The notes under the pieces: model-generated
Seen by the model: the letters and a program-made list of their open reading frames with translations, nothing else
Told to the model about the DNA's origin: nothing
Databases searched by the model: none
Translations under genes and position numbers: made by a program
Source of the DNA: an uncultured Myxococcales bacterium
GTDB taxonomy: Bacteria; Desulfobacterota; Binatia; UBA1149; SPBQ01
DNA length: 44,262 nucleotides
Direction: 5' to 3'
Assembly: GCA_964588545.1 (NCBI GenBank)
Contig: CAZPPZ010000001.1
Coordinates: forward strand, 16,918-61,179
In this document: positions 17,003 to 25,189 of the stretch, piece by piece
How the letters are laid out: every line of letters starts with the position of its first letter
Numbering within the stretch: the stretch's first letter is position 1

Positions 17003-18543
17003 CGCGTGCTATTTGCCTCGCTGCATGGCGGGCAGTTCAGCTCGAAGGGTTGCCCCACCGCTACCCTCAGTATTGTCAACGCATCAGTCGCGGTTACCGA
17101 TGCCGATCCGTTGACGTCACAGATGCACGGGTCGCAGGTGAGAATTCCGACCGCGGCTCGCAGGATAAACAGTGCGTCACTGGCGGTAATCAGCGCCGCC
17201 GCAGTGGTAGTGACCGGGGCTGCACTCAACGGGTCCCCGCACACAGAGAGCGGCGGAGCCGAGAAATCGGTGGTGAACAGCTGGCCGACTATGCCACCAG
17301 CAATGCCGTCTTGCCCCTCTCCCTGCCACGCGATCGCCAGCAGTTGGGGGGAGACAAACACGGCGCGCGACTGCTGTTGATTGGAAGTGGTGTCAGTGTT
17401 GACCTGGAACTCATCGCTGATTGCCAACCCTGAGTTGTCAAATAGCCGGGCTCTTACTTGAGCCACGGGGCTGTTATTGGCGGCAGCATACTTAGATGTC
17501 CAGCTGACCACGAAACCTTGGGCAGACGCGCTGACATCGGCAGAGTACTGCGCCGCCGCCGTGGTCTGATTGACGACGAACTCGGCGTCCAGCGGTGCTC
17601 CTGAGGAGGCAAAGCGCTGCGCGGCCACCGCGGTGCTCTGGCCGTCCGCGCCCGCTGAGGTCCAAACTATGACAAACTCATCGGAGGACAGATGGCTGAT
17701 CGCCGGTTGGTACTGAAACGAAGTGGTATAGCTGTTTATCTGAAATTCGCTGCCTAGCGCGGAAGCATCGCTGGCAAAACGCCGTGCGAACACCCCGTGG
17801 CTGTCTCCGTCTAATGCTCCGGTGGCCTGCCAGGTAACCACGAAGCTACCGGTTGAGGAAGATGAGACGCGGGGGCCGTACTGGTTGGCGCTGGTGTAGG
17901 AGTTAATCTGAAATTCACTGCCCAGGCGCTGACCGCTAGTGTCGAACAGCTGGCCGAAAACCCCGGCGCCGTCACCGTCCTGGGTGTTGGTGAGATTCGA
18001 GCTATCCCACACCACCACAAACCCGGTGCCTGGTAGCTGTGTCACTGCCGCGTGTACCTGCGATCCGCTGGTGTAGGTGTTGACGATGAACTCGCTACCC
18101 AAAGCTTCTCCGCTGGCGCTGTAGCGCTGAGCCAACACTTCCTCGAGATTTCCGCTTGGCGTTGGCCCCTGCCAGACCACCACGAATCCGCCCGCTGGAT
18201 CCGCGGCCACCGACGGTTGTGACTGTCCGCCACTGCTGTAGCTGTTGACGACAAAATCGCTAGCCAGTGCCGTGGCGGAACTATCGAAGCGCCGGGCAGC
18301 TACCGCGTAGCCACCCGGGATGTCCTGGTTCGCGCTGTTCCACACCACCACGAAGCCACTGCTAGAGGGTGCGACCAGGGCCGGGCGGCTCTGGTTGTAG
18401 AAAGTAAAGCTGTTGACCAGGAACTGTGTGCCCAGTTGGGTGGCAGCACCGGCTCTAGAAAAACCGGGCGTGAGCACTACCATCAGCCCGAGCACCAAGG
18501 CCCAAGACTGTCTCGAAAATCGTCTGCGTGAGTGCGCTAGCAT
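16999..18543 (-). CDS. Secreted protein with about 8 tandem repeats of about 55 aa (propeller-like) and a C-terminal dockerin-like Cys-containing module
   Basis: The internal ATG at 18543 gives the signal peptide MLAHSRRRFSRQSWALVLGLMVVLTPGFSRAGA. The repeat pattern is EFxVNSYTxxxQxxPxVxxxxxGxFVVVWxS...GVFxxRF. The C-terminus reads CDPCICDVNGSASVTATDALTILRVAVGQPFELNCPPC. Confidence 0.75.
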   Translation of the reverse strand: MLAHSRRRFSRQSWALVLGLMVVLTPGFSRAGAATQLGTQFLVNSFTFYNQSRPALVAPSSSGFVVVWNSANQDIPGGYAVAARRFDSSATALASDFVVNSYSSGGQSQPSVAADPAGGFVVVWQGPTPSGNLEEVLAQRYSASGEALGSEFIVNTYTSGSQVHAAVTQLPGTGFVVVWDSSNLTNTQDGDGAGVFGQLFDTSGQRLGSEFQINSYTSANQYGPRVSSSSTGSFVVTWQATGALDGDSHGVFARRFASDASALGSEFQINSYTTSFQYQPAISHLSSDEFVIVWTSAGADGQSTAVAAQRFASSGAPLDAEFVVNQTTAAAQYSADVSASAQGFVVSWTSKYAAANNSPVAQVRARLFDNSGLAISDEFQVNTDTTSNQQQSRAVFVSPQLLAIAWQGEGQDGIAGGIVGQLFTTDFSAPPLSVCGDPLSAAPVTTTAAALITASDALFILRAAVGILTCDPCICDVNGSASVTATDALTILRVAVGQPFELNCPPCSEANSTR

Positions 18544-18664
18544 GGTTCGCTTTGCCCGCGGTTGGCTGGGCAGTTTAGCCTGGTGACCACACTGGCCCAA
18601 GGCGGCCACGGTCGACACCCGGGCCAGGCCAGGATATCGACCTGTTCTAGTCCGCAACAAGTCG

Positions 18665-19717
18665 ATGAGTACACGCCCAAGCATCTCTGTTATCCTCCCA
18701 GTCTACAACGCTGAGCGCTGGCTGAAAGTAGCCCTCGAGTCGATCCTTGCGCAGAGCCACGAGGATTGGGAACTGCTGAGTCTAGACGACGGCAGCAGCG
18801 ATGGCAGCAGTGCCATACTCGCAAGTTACGCCAGCCGCGACCGGCGTATTCGTCTTCTCGAGTCCCATCCCAGTCGGCTTGGTGTAGTTGCTAGCGCCAA
18901 CGCGCTGCTCGCGGCCGCCAAGGCTCCACTGGTTGCACGTATGGATGCCGACGACATTGCGGCGCCGCAACGGTTGGAGCTGCAGATTGCAGCTCTGAAT
19001 GCCGATACGACTTTGGCGGGCGTAGCCTCGCGAGTCGAAGCCCTGGCCGATGGTGTCCGCTTAGACGGGATGAAACGCTACCTCGCCTGGCAAAACCAAC
19101 TGCTCGAACCCAGCGATATTAACCGCGATCGTTTCATAGAATGCCCGATGACCAGCCCGTCGATCAGCTATCGCTGTGAGGCTATACGCGATCAGCTTGG
19201 TGGTTGGCGCGATGTTGGCTGGGCCGAAGATTGGGATCTGCTGTTGAGAGCTTTTGAACTAGGCCTACGCTTTAGTCGTCTTCCCGAGCATCTGTTGCAG
19301 TGGCGGATTCATCCGGCTCAGGCCACGCGCGTCCACCCCCGATACAGCCGCGAGAGTTTTGTGGCTGCGCGAGCTCATTTCTTGGCGCGCTTCCTGACAC
19401 GACGTCTGGCCAGCTTGGGGCAGGCGTCGCTGTGGCTTATTGGAGCAGGACCGGTGGGCAAGGGGCTGGCGCGGGCGTTGGCCGACGAAGGCGCTGCGGT
19501 GGCTGGCTTCGTCGATATCGATACTAAGAAGATTGGCGGTATCGTTCGCTACGGTGAGCAGCGCTGGCCGGTGGTCGCAATGGATGAGTTTACGGCGATC
19601 AGGCCACGTCGCTTTGCTATCTCGGCTGTAGGTAGCCCGGGTGCACGTCGGCGTATACGTGCTTGGCTGGGCGCCGCTGGCTGGAGCGAAGAACTAGACT
19701 TTGTGGTTGCTGCCTAA
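18665..19717 (+). CDS. Family 2 glycosyltransferase with a C-terminal Rossmann-like domain
   Basis: ISVILPVYNAERWL....L.S...Q...DWELLSLDDGSSDGS is the GT2 signature. The C-terminus reads LWLIGAGPVGKGLARAL...GFVDID. Confidence 0.85.
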   Translation: MSTRPSISVILPVYNAERWLKVALESILAQSHEDWELLSLDDGSSDGSSAILASYASRDRRIRLLESHPSRLGVVASANALLAAAKAPLVARMDADDIAAPQRLELQIAALNADTTLAGVASRVEALADGVRLDGMKRYLAWQNQLLEPSDINRDRFIECPMTSPSISYRCEAIRDQLGGWRDVGWAEDWDLLLRAFELGLRFSRLPEHLLQWRIHPAQATRVHPRYSRESFVAARAHFLARFLTRRLASLGQASLWLIGAGPVGKGLARALADEGAAVAGFVDIDTKKIGGIVRYGEQRWPVVAMDEFTAIRPRRFAISAVGSPGARRRIRAWLGAAGWSEELDFVVAA

Positions 19718-19750
19718 GCGTGCGCCCCACGCTGGCTAGTGGCCGAGAGA

Positions 19751-19795
19751 GCAAGGGCCCCCACGGGTCAGTACACTGACCCGCGGGGCCCTTGC
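19751..19795. terminator. Strong hairpin between convergent genes (bidirectional terminator-like, no clear U-tract)
   Basis: gcaagggcccc..cgggtcag-taca-ctgacccg.ggggcccttgc: stems of 11 bp and 8 bp with a small internal loop and a tetraloop. It lies 7 nt past the peroxiredoxin stop and 33 nt past the GT2 stop. Confidence 0.6.
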
Positions 19796-19802
19796 TGATA
19801 GG

Positions 19803-20564
19803 TCAGCCGATGGGTACGGCTGCTTTTTCGACTAGGAAGCTGACGATCGCAGCTGATTCCTGCATCGCCTTGCCGTCGACTAGCAGGCAAGGTGCCTGGC
19901 TAGCGCCACTGGCCTTCTCGAGTTCCGCGGCAGCCGCGGCATCGTCACTTACATTCTTGATGGTAACCGCCCCACCTAGATGCAAGTTTTCGCAGGCCAG
20001 CGTCACTGCCCGCGAAGCGCCGCAGTTGCTCTTCACGTAGACGACCGCACCAGCGGGTAGACCCACTGGTGTTGCGACCTCGGTGGTTGCGCCGGAGTTT
20101 TCCGCATCGATCTTCTCGCATACTGCGGCGAGCTCGTCGATGTTTCGCTGGCCGCCCGGACCCGCGGACTCAGCGTAGTGGACCACCCCTGAGCTATCTA
20201 TGACGATGGTAGCCCGATCGGTGATTCCTGCGCCATCCAGGTATACCCCGAGCGACTGCGCCAGCGCTCCCTTGGGGTGGAAGTCGGCGAGCAGTGGGAA
20301 AGAAACTCCGCCTAGGCTCTGCGCCCAGTTGGCATGAGAGTACACGCTATCAATACTAACACCCAGAACCTGGGTGTGGGCGGCCTGGAAGCGGGACAAC
20401 GATGCTTCCACGGCCGGCACTTCGATGCTTCAAGTGGGGGTCCAGTCGAGCGGGTAGAACAACAGCATTACGTGCTGCTTGCCCTTGAACTGCCCGAGTT
20501 CAATTTCGCGCCCGAATTGATCCTTCAGCTTGAAGGTCGGGGCGTTATCACCGATCGCGATCAT
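19803..20564 (-). CDS. Peroxiredoxin (AhpC/TSA, PrxQ/AhpE-like) with in-frame UGA (Sec45) at the peroxidatic position, fused to a GST-N/glutaredoxin-like C-terminal domain
   Basis: ATG at 20564, 6 nt after AAAGGAGG. The protein reads MIAIGDNAPTFKLKDQFGREIELGQFKGKQHVMLLFYPLDWTPT-TGA(20432..20430)-SIEVPAVEASL..., joining track ORF 19803..20420 in frame; I checked the triplets. The C-terminal domain reads VVYVKSNCGASRAV...APCLLVDGKAMQESAAIVSFLVEKA. Confidence 0.85.
20387..20409 (-). promoter_or_regulatory. Candidate SECIS hairpin downstream of the peroxiredoxin UGA
   Basis: GGAAGC-AUCGUUGUCCC-GCUUCC: a perfect 6-bp stem and an 11-nt loop containing GU, starting 21 nt after the UGA. Hand-folded only. 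Confidence 0.3.
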
Positions 20565-20676
20565 GTATTGCCTCCTTTCGTCGGCCGTCGGTTGTGTACG
20601 CCACGGCAACGCCGGTTAGCGGCGACGACTGCACTCTAAATAGCGCCAATCGCAGCCGAATCAAAGGCGGCCGCCT

Positions 20677-23328
20677 CTATTGAGGACGTTTGCTGGTTAC
20701 CTGTACCACCTGCTGGAAGGTAGGCCGGTTTACCCAGGGCATAGGATCCACCGTTGCTAGGCCAAACGGCGAGAACTCGATTTGATCGACGCTTGGATCG
20801 GCCCGCCACAGCGCCGGATCGGCCGAGCCGAAGGTGGCGGTGAGCGCAGCAACAGCAGCGTTGAGGCTAGAAACCAGCGCGGCGCGGCAGCCGGCGGCAC
20901 TACCATCGGCGCAGCGTAGAACCTCGAAAGGGTCGGCCACGTTCTGCCCCAGGGCCATCTGAAAGGCTTTTTGCAGATAGCCGTAGTAGCCCGACTGATA
21001 GGCCGATCCGCTGGGGCCGGGACGGTTGTCGAAGCCCATGTGGATCAGCGAGTAGAAAGGCAACAGTTGGCCGTCGAAGACCGAGTGAATCATGGGCTGG
21101 AACCACTCGTCCATGATCGCCACGGCACTGCTGTGGTCATACTCGCCGTCGCCGTCACGATCACGGCGGAACGCGCCCGAAACCACCCAGTCATTGAGAA
21201 TCGTCAATACCGGGGCGAGCGTCGGCTCGGCGCCGATGAGTTGTAGGGCCGCGGGCAAGACCTGAGATCCGCGCAGGTCGACGGTGCCGGCGTCTTCCAT
21301 TATTTCGACTAGCTGACCAACGCCTACCGGCCCAGCGCTGACCGCGGCGTCTACCCGTTCACTGAGAGAATCTACCCTCTGTACCGGGCCAAACGAGTAG
21401 TTAGAGTCGGCGGCGTTCCAGTCGGTTGCCGGTTTGTTGTTCCACGAGGTCATCCATCCCTTAGCCGGGTTGAGGTCCGAGGGGTGTTGTTTACGGCTGA
21501 TGAAACCTTGCCATTCCCACTCGCCTGTTCCCCAGCTTGGCATCTCCGGATCAACTCCGGGGGCACGTACTGGCATCAGTCCCGAGTGGAAGTAGAACAG
21601 ATCATCCTGATTCACGTAGACCCAGTTGAAGCTTCCCGGGGCGAACTGCATCGCACGCTCGAACGAGCGTGGGGTCCTGGTCTTGCGATCCACGCGCATG
21701 AAGGCAGCGGCGTTGTCGCCCTCGCGGAAGAAGCTGGCGCGTTGGCGCACCAGTGCGACCGGCTGGCCACCGACGGTGGCTCGTGCGAAGACTATACCGT
21801 GCTGGGTGCGCCTAACCGTCGCGGTAACGTTGTGACCGTTGATGTCGCAGAAGCTAGGGTCATTTAGCGGATCACCTGCGCACCAGGTGTCGATACGCTC
21901 AAAGATCGGCAGGCACTCTCCGTTGAACATGTAATGCATCGACATGATCGAGGGCACGCCGCCGCCGGGCTCACACAGCAGCTCGGCACGAACGTCAACA
22001 GTGTCGGAACCTCCGGCGGTTGCACTCCAGGCGTAGTTGCGTCCCCTCCCGAGCACGACGAAGGGCGAGCCGAGCGGGGCAACGCCACGGGCTTTGAGGC
22101 CGCCGCCATCGAGGCTGAGCTCGATGAGAAGCTGGGGTAGGAAATAGCCAGTCTGAGGCCCCATGACTGCTATAGGGTGACCACCGACTGCATTTGCCGC
22201 GGTCACCGCCACGAAGTTGCTCATCGCCGGATGCGCAGAGTTGCGTTTGGGCAACGGGAACGAGAGGCTGGCCTCGGCCAGCAGCGGCGGCAGCGGTCCG
22301 GTGACCTGCAAGGTCGCAATCTCGACTACCGAGCCGAGGTCGGGAGTGGCTACTGCAGCCGGATCGATAGGGCCTGGGGCCGGGTAGGGGAAGGATAGGT
22401 CGGTGGTGACCGGTGCGTCTACTTCCTCGCGCATACGCAGGTCTTTGAACAGTGCGGTTCCGTCGGCTTCACCGATGGCGGTGGTCAGTTCTTGCAGGAG
22501 TCTGGCGTTGCTGTGTTCGCTGCCACCACCGGCACCAAATAGAAACTCGAGTTGAACAGCGACCGCGAGAACGTCGGTAACGGTAAAGGGTTCGATCTGA
22601 CTGATGCCGAGCCCAATGTATTCGGCCGGTCCGCGGTTAAGAAGGTTGACGTTGACGAAGTTGACGAAGAGGTTGATGCCGTCCACGTAGGCTTGGAGAT
22701 CGCGTTGCAAGCGCCGTCCGCGGCCATGAAAACGTGCCACCGTATCATCGAGCTGTTGTTGAAGATCGGCTTCATCGTAACCAGCAAAGTCGTACATCGC
22801 CGTGTCTTGACTGAGGTTGAACTGGTCAGCGCCGACCAGTTCGGATACGCGGCCGCGGCCGCTATGGCGTATGAGATCCATGGCAAACAGCCTGTCGGCT
22901 GCACTCGCGTAACCTACCCCAATAAAGAGCTTACGCCGTCCTCTTCCCTTTATGTGGGGCACACCGAAGGCATCGCGGGTGATGGTGACCCCTGGAATTG
23001 ATGGTTGCAGGAAGTCGGGTACACCAGCATCGGCTGCACCCAGAAACTCCGGCTTGAAGTAGGTGAGGAGTTCGGCATCGCTGAGCCCCGGACCCGAACG
23101 AAGCAGATCGCTGTACATCAAGCGTTGATCATCGAAATGGGCCGGCAGCGTTCCGTCGTTGAGGAACTGCAAGGCCTGCCCGGCGTTGATGTAGCCGTTT
23201 TGGCCGGGGGGGATGATGTTGAGGAACAGCCCGGTATCGGGCGCGCTCTGGGCTAGCGCCAAGGCCGGTCCGAGCATCGAGGCAAGGACGACCATCATCA
23301 AGCGTCTGAACAGGTTTCTCTTGTACAT
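20677..23328 (-). CDS. Penicillin/AHL acylase family (S45 Ntn-hydrolase), second paralog
   Basis: Signal peptide MYKRNLFRRLMMVVLASMLGPALALA, then DAFGVPHIKG....FIGVGYASAADRLFAMD, and the nucleophile context AMSNFVAVT. Confidence 0.85.
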   Translation of the reverse strand: MYKRNLFRRLMMVVLASMLGPALALAQSAPDTGLFLNIIPPGQNGYINAGQALQFLNDGTLPAHFDDQRLMYSDLLRSGPGLSDAELLTYFKPEFLGAADAGVPDFLQPSIPGVTITRDAFGVPHIKGRGRRKLFIGVGYASAADRLFAMDLIRHSGRGRVSELVGADQFNLSQDTAMYDFAGYDEADLQQQLDDTVARFHGRGRRLQRDLQAYVDGINLFVNFVNVNLLNRGPAEYIGLGISQIEPFTVTDVLAVAVQLEFLFGAGGGSEHSNARLLQELTTAIGEADGTALFKDLRMREEVDAPVTTDLSFPYPAPGPIDPAAVATPDLGSVVEIATLQVTGPLPPLLAEASLSFPLPKRNSAHPAMSNFVAVTAANAVGGHPIAVMGPQTGYFLPQLLIELSLDGGGLKARGVAPLGSPFVVLGRGRNYAWSATAGGSDTVDVRAELLCEPGGGVPSIMSMHYMFNGECLPIFERIDTWCAGDPLNDPSFCDINGHNVTATVRRTQHGIVFARATVGGQPVALVRQRASFFREGDNAAAFMRVDRKTRTPRSFERAMQFAPGSFNWVYVNQDDLFYFHSGLMPVRAPGVDPEMPSWGTGEWEWQGFISRKQHPSDLNPAKGWMTSWNNKPATDWNAADSNYSFGPVQRVDSLSERVDAAVSAGPVGVGQLVEIMEDAGTVDLRGSQVLPAALQLIGAEPTLAPVLTILNDWVVSGAFRRDRDGDGEYDHSSAVAIMDEWFQPMIHSVFDGQLLPFYSLIHMGFDNRPGPSGSAYQSGYYGYLQKAFQMALGQNVADPFEVLRCADGSAAGCRAALVSSLNAAVAALTATFGSADPALWRADPSVDQIEFSPFGLATVDPMPWVNRPTFQQVVQVTSKRPQ

Positions 23329-23533
23329 TCCCTAATCTCCCCGGAGCGGTAGTGGTCTGATCGTAAACTACGACTATATGTTGAGTGTCGCACTTGGTGC
23401 AACGCTTGATCCGGGTTGTTACCCGAGTGAGGGGGCGGGTGGCGGTTGTTGTAAACCCCTCAGTTGGCGTATGCATTGGTTGGCCGACCAAGGAGTCTTG
23501 CCCGGCACACTATCGAGGAGACCCTCAGCCGCT

Positions 23534-25189
23534 ATGACGATGCAGCGAACGCCCTTGTTACTCTCGCGATTGATGGACCGCGGAGCTTGGATAGCTCCGC
23601 GAGAAGAAGTGGTGACCAAATCTGCCGGATCAGTCGACCGTCGCACCCTCGACGAGTCGCGCTGTCGTGCGCACCGCCTTGCCGGAGCGCTGGCCGCTCA
23701 CGGGGTTGGCGTCGGTGACCGCGTGGCGAGTTTTATGTGGAATAACCACCGTCACCTCGAGCTGTACCATGCCGTCCCGGCTATGGGTGCGGTGCTCCAC
23801 ACGCTGAACATACGTCTATCGCCTCGCGATCTTATCTACATAATCAATCACGCAGAGGATCGTATCATCATTGCCGACGCTGATGTGCTGCCGTTGCTCG
23901 ATGATCTAGCAGATCAGATCCCAACGGTGGAGCGGGTGGTGGTCTGCTCTGATGAGGGGCAATGGAGCACCCGCCTGCCGGGGGCCATCGACTACGAAGA
24001 GTTCATTGCCGATCAGCCCGAGGTCTACCAATGGCCGCAACTCGACGAGAACGCGCCGATGGGCTTGTGCTATACCAGCGGCACCACCGGAAACCCCAAG
24101 GGGGTGATGTATACCCACCGCTCCACCTACCTACATACGATTTCCATTTGTATGACCGATATCATGGGGCTGTCGGCCACCGACAGCCTGCTCGGTATCG
24201 TACCGATGTTCCATGCCATGGGATGGGGTCTGCCCTTCGCGGCGACCATGCTCGGTATGAAGCAGGTCATGCCCCATCGTTATATGGATCCGGCCCGCCT
24301 TTTGGATCTCATCAGTAGCGAGGGGGTTACGATCTCAGCCGGAGTTCCGACGATTTGGCAGGGGGTGAAGGCGGCTATCGAAGCCCAACCCGGGCGCTGG
24401 GATTTTTCCAACCTTCGTCGTGTTACCTGTGGTGGTTCGGCACCTCCGGTGTCTCTGGTGCAGTGGTTCTGGGAAGAGATAGGGGTCGAGATGATCCAGG
24501 GTTGGGGCATGACCGAGACCAACCCGCTGGGTACGATCGGCCGCCGTGTGGGCAAACGCTGGCAGCTCGAAAGCGCTGACGAGGAGTTGTTTGCCAACCA
24601 GGCCAAGGCGGGGCTGCTCATCCCGGGCTTGGAGATGGAAATCGTTGACGAACAGTTCAAGCCCTTAGCCCACGATGGCGAGAGCGTTGGCGAACTGCTC
24701 ATCCGCGGACCGTGGATTGCCGCTGAGTACTACAACGACCCACAGCCGTCTAAGTTTCACGAGGGTTGGCTGGTTACCGGTGACGTAGCCAAGATAGACT
24801 CCGAGCAGTACTTGATTATCGCCGATCGTTCCAAAGACCTCATAAAGAGCGGAGGTGAGTGGATCTCGTCGGTAGATCTAGAGAACCACATCATTGCTAT
24901 GGAGGGGGTGGCCCAGGCCGCGGTCGTTGCCCAGCCGCATCCACGTTGGGACGAGCGTCCGGTTGCGGTGGTGGTAGTGGCCGCGGGGGCGCAGGTCAGC
25001 GGCAGCGAGATTCTCACCCACTGCGCTCAAGCCTTCGCCAAGTGGCAACTGCCCGACGACGTGCTCTTCGAGGAATCTATCCCGCTCACCTCAACCGGTA
25101 AGATCGACAAGAAAGTCATACGTGCCGAGCTTGCCGAGCGTGGCTATCGCCTACCGGATCTGCGCGCCGAGAGCGAGCGTGATGGTTGA
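23534..25189 (+). CDS. Long/medium-chain fatty-acid--CoA ligase (AMP-binding family)
   Basis: From ATG 23534: MTMQRTPLLLSRLMDRG..., with YTSGTTGNPKGVMYTH, GWGMTETNP and TGDVAKIDSEQYLIIADRSKDLIKSGGEWIS. Confidence 0.9.
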   Translation: MTMQRTPLLLSRLMDRGAWIAPREEVVTKSAGSVDRRTLDESRCRAHRLAGALAAHGVGVGDRVASFMWNNHRHLELYHAVPAMGAVLHTLNIRLSPRDLIYIINHAEDRIIIADADVLPLLDDLADQIPTVERVVVCSDEGQWSTRLPGAIDYEEFIADQPEVYQWPQLDENAPMGLCYTSGTTGNPKGVMYTHRSTYLHTISICMTDIMGLSATDSLLGIVPMFHAMGWGLPFAATMLGMKQVMPHRYMDPARLLDLISSEGVTISAGVPTIWQGVKAAIEAQPGRWDFSNLRRVTCGGSAPPVSLVQWFWEEIGVEMIQGWGMTETNPLGTIGRRVGKRWQLESADEELFANQAKAGLLIPGLEMEIVDEQFKPLAHDGESVGELLIRGPWIAAEYYNDPQPSKFHEGWLVTGDVAKIDSEQYLIIADRSKDLIKSGGEWISSVDLENHIIAMEGVAQAAVVAQPHPRWDERPVAVVVVAAGAQVSGSEILTHCAQAFAKWQLPDDVLFEESIPLTSTGKIDKKVIRAELAERGYRLPDLRAESERDG

